From Candidatus Woesearchaeota archaeon (GTDB taxonomy: Archaea > Nanobdellota > Nanobdellia > SCGC-AAA011-G17 > JAGVZY01), in contig JAGVZY010000007.1 of the NCBI GenBank assembly GCA_018302225.1, forward strand, positions 13,700-77,699: a DNA stretch of 64,000 nucleotides. Reading direction: 5' to 3'. Numbering within the stretch: the first letter of the stretch is position 1; each line of letters begins with the position of its first letter. A model generated the notes under the pieces. That model was not told the origin of the DNA. It was given only the letters and a program-made list of their open reading frames with translations, and did not search any database. The position numbers were made by a program, and so were the translations under genes. Positions 47,009 through 56,619 of this stretch are shown here, piece after piece.

Positions 47009-48205
47009 TTAACCATAATATCTCTTACTTAATCTTATTTGAGTGTTATTTACTTTGTCTACAAACTTTTCAAGAAGTTTCATAATTTCGGGATGCAACT
47101 CATGATTATTAATTCTTTTTGCTAATTCATAAACATCAACTGTTCCTAATTCATCCCACAGGCCTAAAGTTTTTATTAAAGTTTCAAATTCTGCTCTATT
47201 CAAATCATTTTTCTTTGGAAAACTCAAACTTTGCCTTGAACTTATTGAAATTTTATTATCTTCACCATAAATAGTAGTTAATTCATTTTCTAAAGCATAT
47301 TTAATTATTCTATTTTTTAAATCTTCAATTTTCTTTTCAGTTTCTTCTTTTAATTGATTTAATTCGGAATATTCGTCAACTAAATCTTTTCCAGAATTTA
47401 CAACTCTATCAGTTACTTCCAATTTTCCATCTTGCATATAAAGATGTTTAAAACCGGGGCAAAGCTGTTTAAATGGACACCAACCACAAAGTGGAGACAT
47501 CTTAGGATTAAAATCATTTGTGGATTCTATTTTTCTAATTACTGCAATAATATTTTTCTTTAACTCTTCTAATTCTTCTTCAGTTTTTTCTGTTGAAACT
47601 TCTTTATCGAAAGCCAAATAATGCCAAATTAATTTTACCCTTTTACAATCCTTATACATTTGTCTTACTGCAATAGAATATAATGCTAATTGCCTATCAT
47701 CTTCTATCTTATCTTGTGTAGGTAAACTTCCTGAAGTTTTATAATCATGAATTATATAAGTTCCATCATCTAAACAAGAAAGTCTATCAATAAAACCAGT
47801 TAATAAAAATTCTTCACCATCATAAAATCTAATTTGAATCTGTTTTTCCAATTCAATCGTTTTATCTTGATTAAATGGAAAATAATGATTATAATAATCT
47901 ACTATACACTTCTCACCAATTTTTTTATAATCTTCAGATGTATATTCTTGCCTTATTACTGCAATCTCATTACTCCATTCTTGATCCCATCTAGAATTAT
48001 AAAATAAAATTAAGTCTTTTAATTCATTTAATCTTTGATATTTTAAATCTAAATATAATTTCTCAAGAGCTTCATGAACCCTATTACCCATAAACCCTTC
48101 AATATTTTGTTTTACTTCTGGTTCTATTTTATCAATATATACAAACTTAAACTTTAAAGGACACTGTTCAAAAGTATTTAATCTAGAATGTGAATAAATT
48201 ACCAT
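47009..48205 (-). CDS. PD-(D/E)XK nuclease, Cas4/RecB-like with 4-Cys cluster, solitary
   Basis: N-terminal Cys (FEQCPLKF), IHDYKTS and QLALYS motifs, C-terminal CGWCPFKQLC. No cas genes nearby. Confidence 0.6.
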   Translation of the reverse strand: MVIYSHSRLNTFEQCPLKFKFVYIDKIEPEVKQNIEGFMGNRVHEALEKLYLDLKYQRLNELKDLILFYNSRWDQEWSNEIAVIRQEYTSEDYKKIGEKCIVDYYNHYFPFNQDKTIELEKQIQIRFYDGEEFLLTGFIDRLSCLDDGTYIIHDYKTSGSLPTQDKIEDDRQLALYSIAVRQMYKDCKRVKLIWHYLAFDKEVSTEKTEEELEELKKNIIAVIRKIESTNDFNPKMSPLCGWCPFKQLCPGFKHLYMQDGKLEVTDRVVNSGKDLVDEYSELNQLKEETEKKIEDLKNRIIKYALENELTTIYGEDNKISISSRQSLSFPKKNDLNRAEFETLIKTLGLWDELGTVDVYELAKRINNHELHPEIMKLLEKFVDKVNNTQIRLSKRYYG

Positions 48206-48244
48206 AAAAAGAAAAAGAAAAAAGACTTTATTAAACTTCTGAAT

Positions 48245-48526
48245 TTAAGAATCCACGAGAACTTCTTCATTAACTTGTTTTGCTAAGCCTAATTCCCTTG
48301 AGCCTGCTTCAACAATTTTAACTAAATCTGAAGATTCTCTAATTAGTTTAGGCGCACCAGGCCATGGAATTCCTGCATGTGCGCAAGCCCTTGCATATAA
48401 ACTATCTGATTCTCCATCTGGATTAAAATCATAAACTTGTTGGGTATTTCCAGTTAAATTATTCCCATCTAACGCACCCACAATCACACTACCTTTCATC
48501 AAATTATAATTGCTTTCTTCACACAT
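48245..48526 (-). CDS. hypothetical protein in GC-richer patch
   Basis: 93-aa ORF; local GC visibly above the flanks. Confidence 0.3.
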   Translation of the reverse strand: MCEESNYNLMKGSVIVGALDGNNLTGNTQQVYDFNPDGESDSLYARACAHAGIPWPGAPKLIRESSDLVKIVEAGSRELGLAKQVNEEVLVDS

Positions 48527-48623
48527 TTTAACCCTCCTTTATTTTAAATTTCGAAAATTAGATTTTGAATAGTCTTTGCTTTTAAACATTTCTATTTTTA
48601 AAGAAACCTTTATAAAGACACGC

Positions 48624-48722
48624 ATTATAACCTCTAAAAGTAGGCAAGACATCCAACTGACGGTTTGTCCGCAAGGATTTAAGCTGAGGAAAGTCCGCCC
48701 ACCACAGGAAATCAAATGATTG
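48624..48722 (+). repeat. orphan perfect 99-bp copy of the RNase P RNA 5' region (upstream sequence + P1/P2 + CR-I)
   Basis: Identical to 49110-49208 base for base; diverges abruptly at both ends. Confidence 0.85.
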
Positions 48723-49047
48723 AAGCAATTTGTACACGCCCCAAAAGGAAAATTAAAATTCCAACTATATTAAGCACAAAAGCTGTAGCTACAGTGCTAG
48801 TAAACCACCCGAAATTATCCCAAAATTTAACCTCTTTTCTATAAGCAACCTTAGTATAAGCAAGACCAGAAACATATAAAAGAGGAATTGCAAGAACAAA
48901 CTGTAATAAAATTGGGCCATTTAGTCTATCAGGAGAAAAAGCCCACATAATGCCAAAAATCGTCAAACACACGGCCATTATATTATTCATACTTTCTAAT
49001 TTGGCTTGAGATTTGTGGGGGTTTGTCTTAACATAATTCACAACCAT
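48712..49047 (-). CDS. small membrane protein (3 TM) located between the RNase P 5' duplicates
   Basis: 111-aa ORF with three hydrophobic helices. Confidence 0.4.
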   Translation of the reverse strand: MVVNYVKTNPHKSQAKLESMNNIMAVCLTIFGIMWAFSPDRLNGPILLQFVLAIPLLYVSGLAYTKVAYRKEVKFWDNFGWFTSTVATAFVLNIVGILIFLLGRVQIASII

Positions 49048-49123
49048 ATTTTAACTTAATTTAACGAGTTATATAAAGATTTCGTAAAGTAAGATTTATA
49101 AACCTACTAATTATAACCTCTAA

Positions 49124-49495
49124 AAGTAGGCAAGACATCCAACTGACGGTTTGTCCGCAAGGATTTAAGCTGAGGAAAGTCCGCCCACCACAGGAAATCA
49201 AATGATTGTTACCAATTACTTGAAACTGAAGCAATACCACTCTAGTTTACTAGAGATCCTGAAAAGGATGGCAACAGCTCAGAAAAGACACGGCCTATTA
49301 GTTTGTGATGATGTTTGCGAATGGCTTAGTAATAAGCTCAGAGCTAACCAACTGAATTTGCTAATAGGATGCGATGAAACTGCTAGTCCCGGAATGGTGC
49401 AAGTCTTGTATTAGACGCTTAGTTAAATGTTGGAAAAGTTTGGCTTTAAGTTAAACTTACAGAAGGCGGCTTATCTCTTGCCTACAATTTTTTCT
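49124..49495 (+). ncRNA. rnpB: RNase P RNA (archaeal type A-like)
   Basis: CR-I GAGGAAAGTCCGCCC near the 5' end and CR-V ACAGAAGGCGGCTTA near the 3' end, with compensatory CCGC/GCGG covariation in P4. 5' AGGCAAGA pairs with 3' TCTTGCCT (P1); T-rich tail after 49495. Ends approximate (plus or minus 10 nt). Confidence 0.7.
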
Positions 49496-49731
49496 TATTT
49501 CAAAAACTATATAAATACTTCCCACTTAAAAAAAGACTGCAATGGCAGATAATACAATAAGACTACCTTCAGGATCTGGAGGTCTTGTAAGATATTTTGA
49601 TGAATTCAAAAGCAAAATCGAAATTTCTCCAGTAGCATTTATGATTATTACAGGAATTATAATTATAGTTTACCTTTTCTTATATTTCTTAATAACTAAA
49701 AAAACAATTATAGTAGGTTAAAGGTATTAAA

Positions 49732-50061
49732 ATGTTTCAAGGTATAAATCCCAAGATGTTAAAACAAGCTATGAAGCAGATGGGAATAAAACAAGAAGAA
49801 CTTGATGCTTCAGAAGTAATAATAAAATTAAAAGATAAAAATATTACAATTGCTCAACCTTCAGTTCTAAAAGTAAATATGTCTGGGCAAGAATCATTTC
49901 AAATTTCAGGTAATATTATTGAAACTTCAAAAGAATTATTTACAAATGAAGATGTTGAACTAGTAATTCAGCAAACATCTTGTGATAAAAAAGAGGCAGT
50001 AAAAGCACTTGAAGATTCAAGAGGTGATATTGCAGAAGCTATACTTAAACTTAAAGATTGA
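49732..50061 (+). CDS. nascent polypeptide-associated complex protein (archaeal NAC alpha with UBA-like C-terminus)
   Basis: NAC domain pattern and C-terminal UBA-like helix bundle (AVKALEDSRGDIAEAILKL). Confidence 0.8.
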   Translation: MFQGINPKMLKQAMKQMGIKQEELDASEVIIKLKDKNITIAQPSVLKVNMSGQESFQISGNIIETSKELFTNEDVELVIQQTSCDKKEAVKALEDSRGDIAEAILKLKD

Positions 50062-50129
50062 AATTAGTTTAAAAACAGAATCTTTAAACTTAGGTAATAT
50101 TTAAAAACTTCAATACCTATACTACTAAA

Positions 50130-50600
50130 ATGGAACGCTATCTCGAACTTTTTCAGAAAGCAAATGATTATTTTAAGACAGCAGACCATTTAGCATATGT
50201 AACCTATGAACTTGTGCAAGAACCAAAATTATTGCTAACAATATTAGATAATTTAAATCTCGCACTAAAACACAAAACAGATTCACTTTTGGAATATGAA
50301 CGATTATACAAAAGAATTTCACCCATACCCCAAAATCAAGAATTAAAATTAAATCTCGCAGAAAAATGCCTGCGAAGGTATAATCTTTCAAACGAAATGA
50401 TACATTTAATACGTGAGGTCAATAGTATATTGGAACAACATAAAAAAAGCCCTATTGCGTTTGGCAAAGGAGAAAAATTTGTAATCTGTTCTGAGAATTA
50501 TAGAACTAAAACAATTAATATTCAAGAAGTAAAGGAATATATTGTCTCTGCAAGAGAATATCTTTCTAAACTTGATAAGGTGCTTCTAAAGAATGAGTGA
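50130..50600 (+). CDS. hypothetical alpha-helical protein, apparent paralogue of the next ORF
   Basis: Shares an A.HL..VT...(K/E)...L motif with ORF 50593; overlaps it by 8 nt. Confidence 0.4.
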   Translation: MERYLELFQKANDYFKTADHLAYVTYELVQEPKLLLTILDNLNLALKHKTDSLLEYERLYKRISPIPQNQELKLNLAEKCLRRYNLSNEMIHLIREVNSILEQHKKSPIAFGKGEKFVICSENYRTKTINIQEVKEYIVSAREYLSKLDKVLLKNE

Positions 50601-51141
50601 ACGTGCAGTAAGTGAAATGAAAAGAGCAGAACATCTTATAGATGTGACTCTAAAATATACTAGAACTGCAGAAGTAATCAAAAATGTAGTAAAAAAATTA
50701 ATAGATATTTATAATGTAGCTATAGAAGACGCATTAATTAGTGCAAAAGAAAAAGGCCTATTAGAAGAAGTTCCAAAATCACCTAAAGAACGTGCAAGAG
50801 AATTAATCAAACTTATGGAAAGGAGCGAATTTATTATGCAACACATTAGCTTCTATTTCTTATTAAAAAATGTTGATAAAGCTTATTATAACAAAGAACA
50901 AGAATTTAGGAAAAATGTTACACTTATAGTGCCCCTAAATGAAAAAGACCAAAAGATTGTAGATAAAATACTTAATCAATATAAGATAGACAGCCTTGAA
51001 AAAGGCAAAGATTACAAGGGGGGAGTAAACATAGACGTTTTAAAGATATTTTATGCTTTCACCGGAGAATTTATAAAATTTATACATAGTTATATAACTG
51101 GAGAACCCATGGAAGACTCAGGTGACTCATACGATGACTAA
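50593..51141 (+). CDS. hypothetical alpha-helical protein (contains R-x6-H, weak HEPN-like)
   Basis: 182-aa ORF overlapping minD by 20 nt. Confidence 0.4.
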   Translation: MSERAVSEMKRAEHLIDVTLKYTRTAEVIKNVVKKLIDIYNVAIEDALISAKEKGLLEEVPKSPKERARELIKLMERSEFIMQHISFYFLLKNVDKAYYNKEQEFRKNVTLIVPLNEKDQKIVDKILNQYKIDSLEKGKDYKGGVNIDVLKIFYAFTGEFIKFIHSYITGEPMEDSGDSYDD

Positions 51142-51913
51142 AATTATAGGTATAATCTCTGGAAAAGGGGGTGTAGGTAAAACTACTAGTGCTATTAATC
51201 TTGGTTCTGCTTTAAATTTCTTTGGAAAAGATGTTACCGTGGTTGATGCTAATTTAACTACACCCAACATAGGTGTTTATTTAGGCGTTCCAGTTGCTCC
51301 GGTAACAATACACCACGTTTTACAAGGAAAAAACCATATTTCCGATTCTATTTATTTACATCCATCAGGAACAAAAATAGTTCCTGGAAGTATTGCTCTA
51401 AAAGATTTAAGTAATATTGATCCTGGAAAATTAAAAAATAAAATGTTAGATTTAGTAGGTTTAACAGATATTTGTTTAATTGATGGTGCTGCAGGTTTAG
51501 GTAAAGAAGCAATCTCGGCGATAGAAGCAAGTGATGAATTATTAATAGTTACAAATCCAGAATTACCAGCAATTACTGATGCACTTAAAGCAGTAAAACT
51601 TGCTGAAAAAGTTGGAATTCCGATTATAGGTGCAATTTTAACAAGAGTAAAATTAGATGGTTTAGATATGACTATAACCAATGTTGAAGAGATGCTTGAA
51701 GTTCCTGTTTTGGGTGTTATACCTGAAGATACTGCAGTAAGAAAAGCAATGGTATCTAAAAATACAATTATAGACTCTTATCCCAAATCTAGTTCTTCAA
51801 TTGCATACAAAAAATTAGCTGCAAAATTAATTGGTGAAGATTACCAAGAAGATATAAATCAGAAAAAAACAAAAACAATCATAGACGCAATTCTTTCCAT
51901 ATTTAGAAAATAA
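51122..51913 (+). CDS. minD: MinD/ParA-family P-loop ATPase
   Basis: Deviant Walker A GKGGVGKTT, Walker B DGAAGLG. Confidence 0.8.
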   Translation: MTHTMTKIIGIISGKGGVGKTTSAINLGSALNFFGKDVTVVDANLTTPNIGVYLGVPVAPVTIHHVLQGKNHISDSIYLHPSGTKIVPGSIALKDLSNIDPGKLKNKMLDLVGLTDICLIDGAAGLGKEAISAIEASDELLIVTNPELPAITDALKAVKLAEKVGIPIIGAILTRVKLDGLDMTITNVEEMLEVPVLGVIPEDTAVRKAMVSKNTIIDSYPKSSSSIAYKKLAAKLIGEDYQEDINQKKTKTIIDAILSIFRK

Positions 51914-52012
51914 TTATTTAATTAAATTAAGTAATTCTAAAGGACTATCTGCAATTTTATTTTGACCTAGTTTACGAAACATTTATATACTATAGCCAGT
52001 TATACACTTGAT

Positions 52013-52231
52013 ATGGCTACAACTATACAAGTAAGTGAACAACTCGTAGACACATTAAAACAAAGAAAACAATATGATAAAGAAAGCTACGAAGAAATAA
52101 TCTGGAATTTAGTAGAAGATACATTAGAAATAAATGAAGAAACTAAAAAAGAAATAGAACAAGCAAGAAAAAATATTAAAACAGGGAAAAGTTATACACA
52201 CGAACAAGTTAAAAAGAAACTGGGGTTCTAA
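52013..52231 (+). CDS. type II antitoxin (RHH / Phd-YefM-like) partner of RelE
   Basis: 72 aa, stop immediately followed by the toxin ATG. Confidence 0.5.
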   Translation: MATTIQVSEQLVDTLKQRKQYDKESYEEIIWNLVEDTLEINEETKKEIEQARKNIKTGKSYTHEQVKKKLGF

Positions 52232-52483
52232 ATGTACGAGTTAATATATTCTCCTTCTGCATTAAAACAATTAGAAAAATTAGACCTTAATTTAAAAAAA
52301 AGGATTATTTTTGCATTAGAAAGATTAAGAATCAGACCAGAATCATGCGATATAAAAAAATTAATTGGAATGCAAGGTTATAGATTTAGAGTAGGAGATT
52401 ATAGAATAATTTTTGATATGGAAAAAGATAAGCTATGGATTTTAGTTCTTAAAATAGGACATAGAAAAGAGATTTATAATTAA
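52232..52483 (+). CDS. RelE/ParE-family toxin
   Basis: GYRFRVGDYRIIFDMEKDKLWILVLKIGHRKEIY matches the RelE/ParE C-terminal signature. Confidence 0.7.
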   Translation: MYELIYSPSALKQLEKLDLNLKKRIIFALERLRIRPESCDIKKLIGMQGYRFRVGDYRIIFDMEKDKLWILVLKIGHRKEIYN

Positions 52484-52487
52484 ATAA

Positions 52488-53171
52488 TTATTTAATTAAA
52501 CTAAGTAGTTCTAAAGGATTATCAGCAATTTTATTCTGACCTAATTTTATAAAATCTTCTTTCAAAGAATAACCATATGAAACTGCAATCATAGGCAAAG
52601 CTGTATCACAATAAGCCCCAACATTCCTTGCAGCAAAAAAATCAGAAGTATGATCGCCTATATACACAGCATTTTGTGGCTCAACATTTAATCTTTTTAA
52701 AGTTATAAGTAAACATACAGGATGAGGTTTAATCAAAGAATCCCCATTCACTTTAGGTAAATCTTCTCTACCTACAATTGATTTAAAATAATCAGACAAA
52801 CCAAACTTCTTAAGGTAAGGTTCCATAGCTGAATGTGTATTAGATGAAGCTAAAGCAAGAATTTTTCCACTTGTAGAAATCTCTTCTATAACTTTATCAA
52901 TATTTTCAAATATTTTAAGTTCGCCTTTAGATTTATGTTTGTGATATTCTTCCCAAATTAAAGATTTTTCTTTTTCATCATCCCAATTAAAACCTAAGAA
53001 TTCATATAAATTTGGATAAACAGGTTCAACATAAACTTTCTTAAATTCATTCAAAGTTTTGTAAGAAAAAGGTTTATCAAAAAGATTACAAATATGTTTA
53101 AACCAATTAAACTGATCTTCAAAAGAGTCTAAAATAACTCCATCAAAATCAGTTATAATTAAATCAACCAT
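52488..53171 (-). CDS. HAD-superfamily hydrolase
   Basis: N-terminal DFDGVILDS motif I and downstream HAD motifs. Confidence 0.7.
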   Translation of the reverse strand: MVDLIITDFDGVILDSFEDQFNWFKHICNLFDKPFSYKTLNEFKKVYVEPVYPNLYEFLGFNWDDEKEKSLIWEEYHKHKSKGELKIFENIDKVIEEISTSGKILALASSNTHSAMEPYLKKFGLSDYFKSIVGREDLPKVNGDSLIKPHPVCLLITLKRLNVEPQNAVYIGDHTSDFFAARNVGAYCDTALPMIAVSYGYSLKEDFIKLGQNKIADNPLELLSLIK

Positions 53172-53213
53172 AAACTAAAAAGCTTGTCAGGTTTTATAAA
53201 ACTAACCTAAATC

Positions 53214-53489
53214 TTACAAATCATCCTTAACCGTTTTCTTTTTAAAATTTGGTTGTTTTGCAAGAACCTTATTTATTTTCTCGACTAATTCCTTAACATC
53301 TTTTTCAGACATTCCATGAGCTAAACAACCTTCTTCTAAACTTTCACTATGACTAACATGGCAACCAACACAATGCAAACCTGCTTCAAATAATAATGCA
53401 ACCACATCTGGATGTGTTCTGGTTATATCTCCAATTTTTGAATCTTTAGTTATTTTTACCATTTTTCCCCCTATATATGCGTGTAACAA
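53214..53489 (-). CDS. DUF1858-type redox-disulfide (CxxC) domain protein
   Basis: ITRTHPDVVALLFEAGLHCVGCHVSHSESLEEGCLAHG matches the hybrid-cluster-protein-associated disulfide domain. Confidence 0.5.
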   Translation of the reverse strand: MLHAYIGGKMVKITKDSKIGDITRTHPDVVALLFEAGLHCVGCHVSHSESLEEGCLAHGMSEKDVKELVEKINKVLAKQPNFKKKTVKDDL

Positions 53490-55135
53490 AATACTAATTT
53501 GTTCTTTGACTTTTCATCTAATTTACAAAATGCAAATCTTTCAAATTGAATCATATCTCCGACTTCTAATTCATTTAATAATTCTTCACCCAAACCTTTC
53601 TTAATTGTACCATCAGGCATCAAAACTTCAACTTTAACTAGTTTATCCGATTTAGGTAACCAATGTATCATCTTTGCATTTAAATTTTGATCGTGCTCTA
53701 AACTTACAAATTTATTATTTTTAAAATTAAATAAATGCATAAATCTATAAACAATATTTCCACCTATATCATCTTGGATATAAAATTCTTTACTAGTTTT
53801 TACTTTTCTATTTCCTCTTTCTTTAAAATCAGGATGTAAAGGCATCTCAGCTTCTAAATTTGGAGCACCTTCTATAATTATCAATTTAGGATTTTCTATA
53901 AAGAAATATCTGTTTGCCATTTTTTCTATAATCTCTCTATTAAAGAAATAAATTAATTTCATAAACTCATCATAAGCAACAGTCTTATCTCTTTTTGACA
54001 TTCCAATTTCAATTACAAATCTTCTAAATGCTTCTGGAAGAATTCCTCTTCTTTTTAATGCTAATAATGTAGGTAATCTAATATCATCCCACCCAGTATA
54101 TTTCCCTTCTTCAATTCCTTTTCTAAATGCACTTGCACTTATTTTTAAATCAGTAAAATTAATTCTTAATAAATGATAAAATTCAGGTAATTTCCAATTA
54201 AAATAACTATATAAGAATTTTTGTCGCTCTACATTAACTATATGATCTTTACCCCGAATTACATGCGTAATCTCAAAATCATGATCATCTACTGTAGTAG
54301 AAAAATTCATTAATGGCCACACCCTATATTTTTTACCTGTTCTTGGATGCTCGGCATCATTAATTCTAAATGCCGGCCATTCCCTTATAGCAGGATTTTT
54401 GTGTTTTAAATCAGTTTTTATTCTTAAAACCGCATCTCCTTCTTTGTAAGTTGTAAACATATTATTCCATTTAGTTAAATTATCTTCGGGAGTATTATCT
54501 CTACAAGGACAAGCTTGGCCTTTATCAACTAAAATTTTAAATTTCTCAGAACTACAAGTACAAACATAAGCAAATCCTTTTGTAATTGCTTTAATTGCAT
54601 AATTATAATAAGCTTCTAATCTATCTGATTGTACAACAATTTTGTCTATTTTTCCACTTGTTGCCCAGATTCCATCTTGTTCTAATAATTCATAAGCATT
54701 GGGATCTATATTTTCAGAATTTGTATCTTCTATCCTTAAAATAAATTCACCATTATATTTTTTACTATACTCTGCATTTAACAACATATAAAAAACATGT
54801 CCTATATGCATTGGTCCAGATGGTGAAGGTGCAAATCTAAATATAGGTTTATTTAAAATATTTAACAATTCTGGAAGTTCTCTTGGTTTTTCTTCTTGTT
54901 TTTCTTCAAGCAAACCAGGTGCAACTTTAACCAATTCTTGCTCTTGCTCATCTAATTTCATTGAATTTACTTTAGAAATAATTTCATTAATTTGCTTACG
55001 AATATCCTTTAATTGAGATTTTAATTCAGGTTTATCACCTAGAATTTTACCTACAATTGCTCCTGCCTGTGCCTTTCCCTTATGTTTTACAGCATTTTGC
55101 AATACAAAAGCATATATCTCTTCTTTTAAATCCAT
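53471..55135 (-). CDS. gltX: glutamyl-tRNA synthetase, archaeal type
   Basis: PSGPMHIGH (HIGH), class I catalytic core and archaeal-type C-terminal anticodon-binding domain, 554 aa. Confidence 0.85.
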   Translation of the reverse strand: MDLKEEIYAFVLQNAVKHKGKAQAGAIVGKILGDKPELKSQLKDIRKQINEIISKVNSMKLDEQEQELVKVAPGLLEEKQEEKPRELPELLNILNKPIFRFAPSPSGPMHIGHVFYMLLNAEYSKKYNGEFILRIEDTNSENIDPNAYELLEQDGIWATSGKIDKIVVQSDRLEAYYNYAIKAITKGFAYVCTCSSEKFKILVDKGQACPCRDNTPEDNLTKWNNMFTTYKEGDAVLRIKTDLKHKNPAIREWPAFRINDAEHPRTGKKYRVWPLMNFSTTVDDHDFEITHVIRGKDHIVNVERQKFLYSYFNWKLPEFYHLLRINFTDLKISASAFRKGIEEGKYTGWDDIRLPTLLALKRRGILPEAFRRFVIEIGMSKRDKTVAYDEFMKLIYFFNREIIEKMANRYFFIENPKLIIIEGAPNLEAEMPLHPDFKERGNRKVKTSKEFYIQDDIGGNIVYRFMHLFNFKNNKFVSLEHDQNLNAKMIHWLPKSDKLVKVEVLMPDGTIKKGLGEELLNELEVGDMIQFERFAFCKLDEKSKNKLVFCYTHI

Positions 55136-55211
55136 AACCTTAGAAAAACACCATCTATATTTAAAGCTTTTTTAATATAAATTTAAATACCTCTCTTATT
55201 TACCTTTAGAT

Positions 55212-55676
55212 ATGAACTTCCTAAACTCAAAAGACAAAAAGAGACTTTTTGAGCAGATTAAAGAGCTCTATGGAGTAGATTTCAAACCTCACTCAGAAGG
55301 TTTAATTTTTTACAGAAAAGATAATAATTTATTTATAATTTCAGGAGAATATAGTGGAATTAAAGATAGTTATAATGAAGGTTTAGAATTTGGATATTAT
55401 GAATCTGAATTTAAATCAAATAAACTTTTACTAACAATTGAAGGATTGAATCTTGTAAAACCTAAAAAAGATTTGCTTGAACTTGATGAAGAAGATTTAA
55501 GTTTATTCTTACAAGCAAAACCTTTCATTCTAGAAGAACCCAACCTTCCAGATGGAGATTATGTAATAAAATTAAAAACAAATAAAAAAGGTTTCTTTGG
55601 AATTGCAAAATTAAGAAATTCTATTATTCATAGCACAATCCCAATAAAAAGAAGATTAAAAACAGATGCTTACTAA
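55212..55676 (+). CDS. hypothetical protein (weak Nip7/PUA-like resemblance)
   Basis: 154-aa ORF, weak pattern only. Confidence 0.25.
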   Translation: MNFLNSKDKKRLFEQIKELYGVDFKPHSEGLIFYRKDNNLFIISGEYSGIKDSYNEGLEFGYYESEFKSNKLLLTIEGLNLVKPKKDLLELDEEDLSLFLQAKPFILEEPNLPDGDYVIKLKTNKKGFFGIAKLRNSIIHSTIPIKRRLKTDAY

Positions 55677-56536
55677 ATAAAGAACACTAGAAGGATACTT
55701 GAACCAATTGCCAATGCTGCTCCAAGATACTGATGCCAATTTACTTTCTCTCTATTTAACCAAACCCCTAAAAACACAGCAACAGCAGGATAACTTTCTG
55801 TAATTGCCGTAATAATCCCTACATGTTTATCAAAAACAGCAAAGGAATAAAATAACCAAGCAGCAGTATCTATTATTCCCATCCAAATAAGCAACCATTT
55901 ATACTTAGAAACATCTTTTGCTAATTTAGAAAAACCTTTTCTCTTAATTAATACTATAACACAAAATAAAGTAAATATTACCCAAGGAGCCCAAATAGCC
56001 ATAATTGGGGAAATACTTCTAGATGACGCAGATGTTAAAAAATTAACTAAACCCATTCCAACCGCAGCCAAAATTGCCATTAAAAGTCCTTTTTCCCATT
56101 TGATTTTCCAGTGTGCAAAAGATTCTGTTGCAACAAGAATTATACCTATAAAAATTAAAGAAATAATAACAAATTGTATAATCGACAATCCTTCTCTAAA
56201 GAAAATATAACCTAATGAAATTGTTATAGGCAATTCTAATTCCATAATAATGTCTGCAGTAGATAACTTAGCAATCTTTAAAGCTTCAAAATCAAAAATC
56301 GCAGCTACAAAAGTTATTACTCCTAAGACCAATAATAAAATTAAATTAGGCAAAGTAAAAATTAAATTAAAATCCTTTAATATTAATGGAAACAAAACAA
56401 TTGTACCTATCGCTCCAATAACAACAAGAGATTCTATATCGCCTATTTTCCTTGTTGATTTCTGTATAAGAAAATCTCCAACAGCCCAACACAACATTGC
56501 TCCAAAAGCAAATACAATTGCAATTTCTAGACCCAT
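55673..56536 (-). CDS. EamA/DMT-family transporter
   Basis: Ten TM helices in two EamA-like halves. Confidence 0.6.
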   Translation of the reverse strand: MGLEIAIVFAFGAMLCWAVGDFLIQKSTRKIGDIESLVVIGAIGTIVLFPLILKDFNLIFTLPNLILLLVLGVITFVAAIFDFEALKIAKLSTADIIMELELPITISLGYIFFREGLSIIQFVIISLIFIGIILVATESFAHWKIKWEKGLLMAILAAVGMGLVNFLTSASSRSISPIMAIWAPWVIFTLFCVIVLIKRKGFSKLAKDVSKYKWLLIWMGIIDTAAWLFYSFAVFDKHVGIITAITESYPAVAVFLGVWLNREKVNWHQYLGAALAIGSSILLVFFI

Positions 56537-56619
56537 ATTTTAAGAATATTTCTTACTCTTAATAAAGATTCTTATCTAAATAAAATAAGGCTAAAAAAAT
56601 TAAAACTTGCCAAAAAAGA

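Noticed and set aside
48624-49208. Possible CRISPR array suggested by long perfect repeats
   Set aside because: There are only two copies, 99 bp long, separated by a protein-coding gene. The repeat is the 5' part of the RNase P RNA. There is no short regular repeat-spacer periodicity anywhere in the window.
49202-49414. 70-aa ORF inside the RNase P RNA
   Set aside because: It lies entirely within a structured RNA gene carrying conserved CR-I/CR-V motifs.
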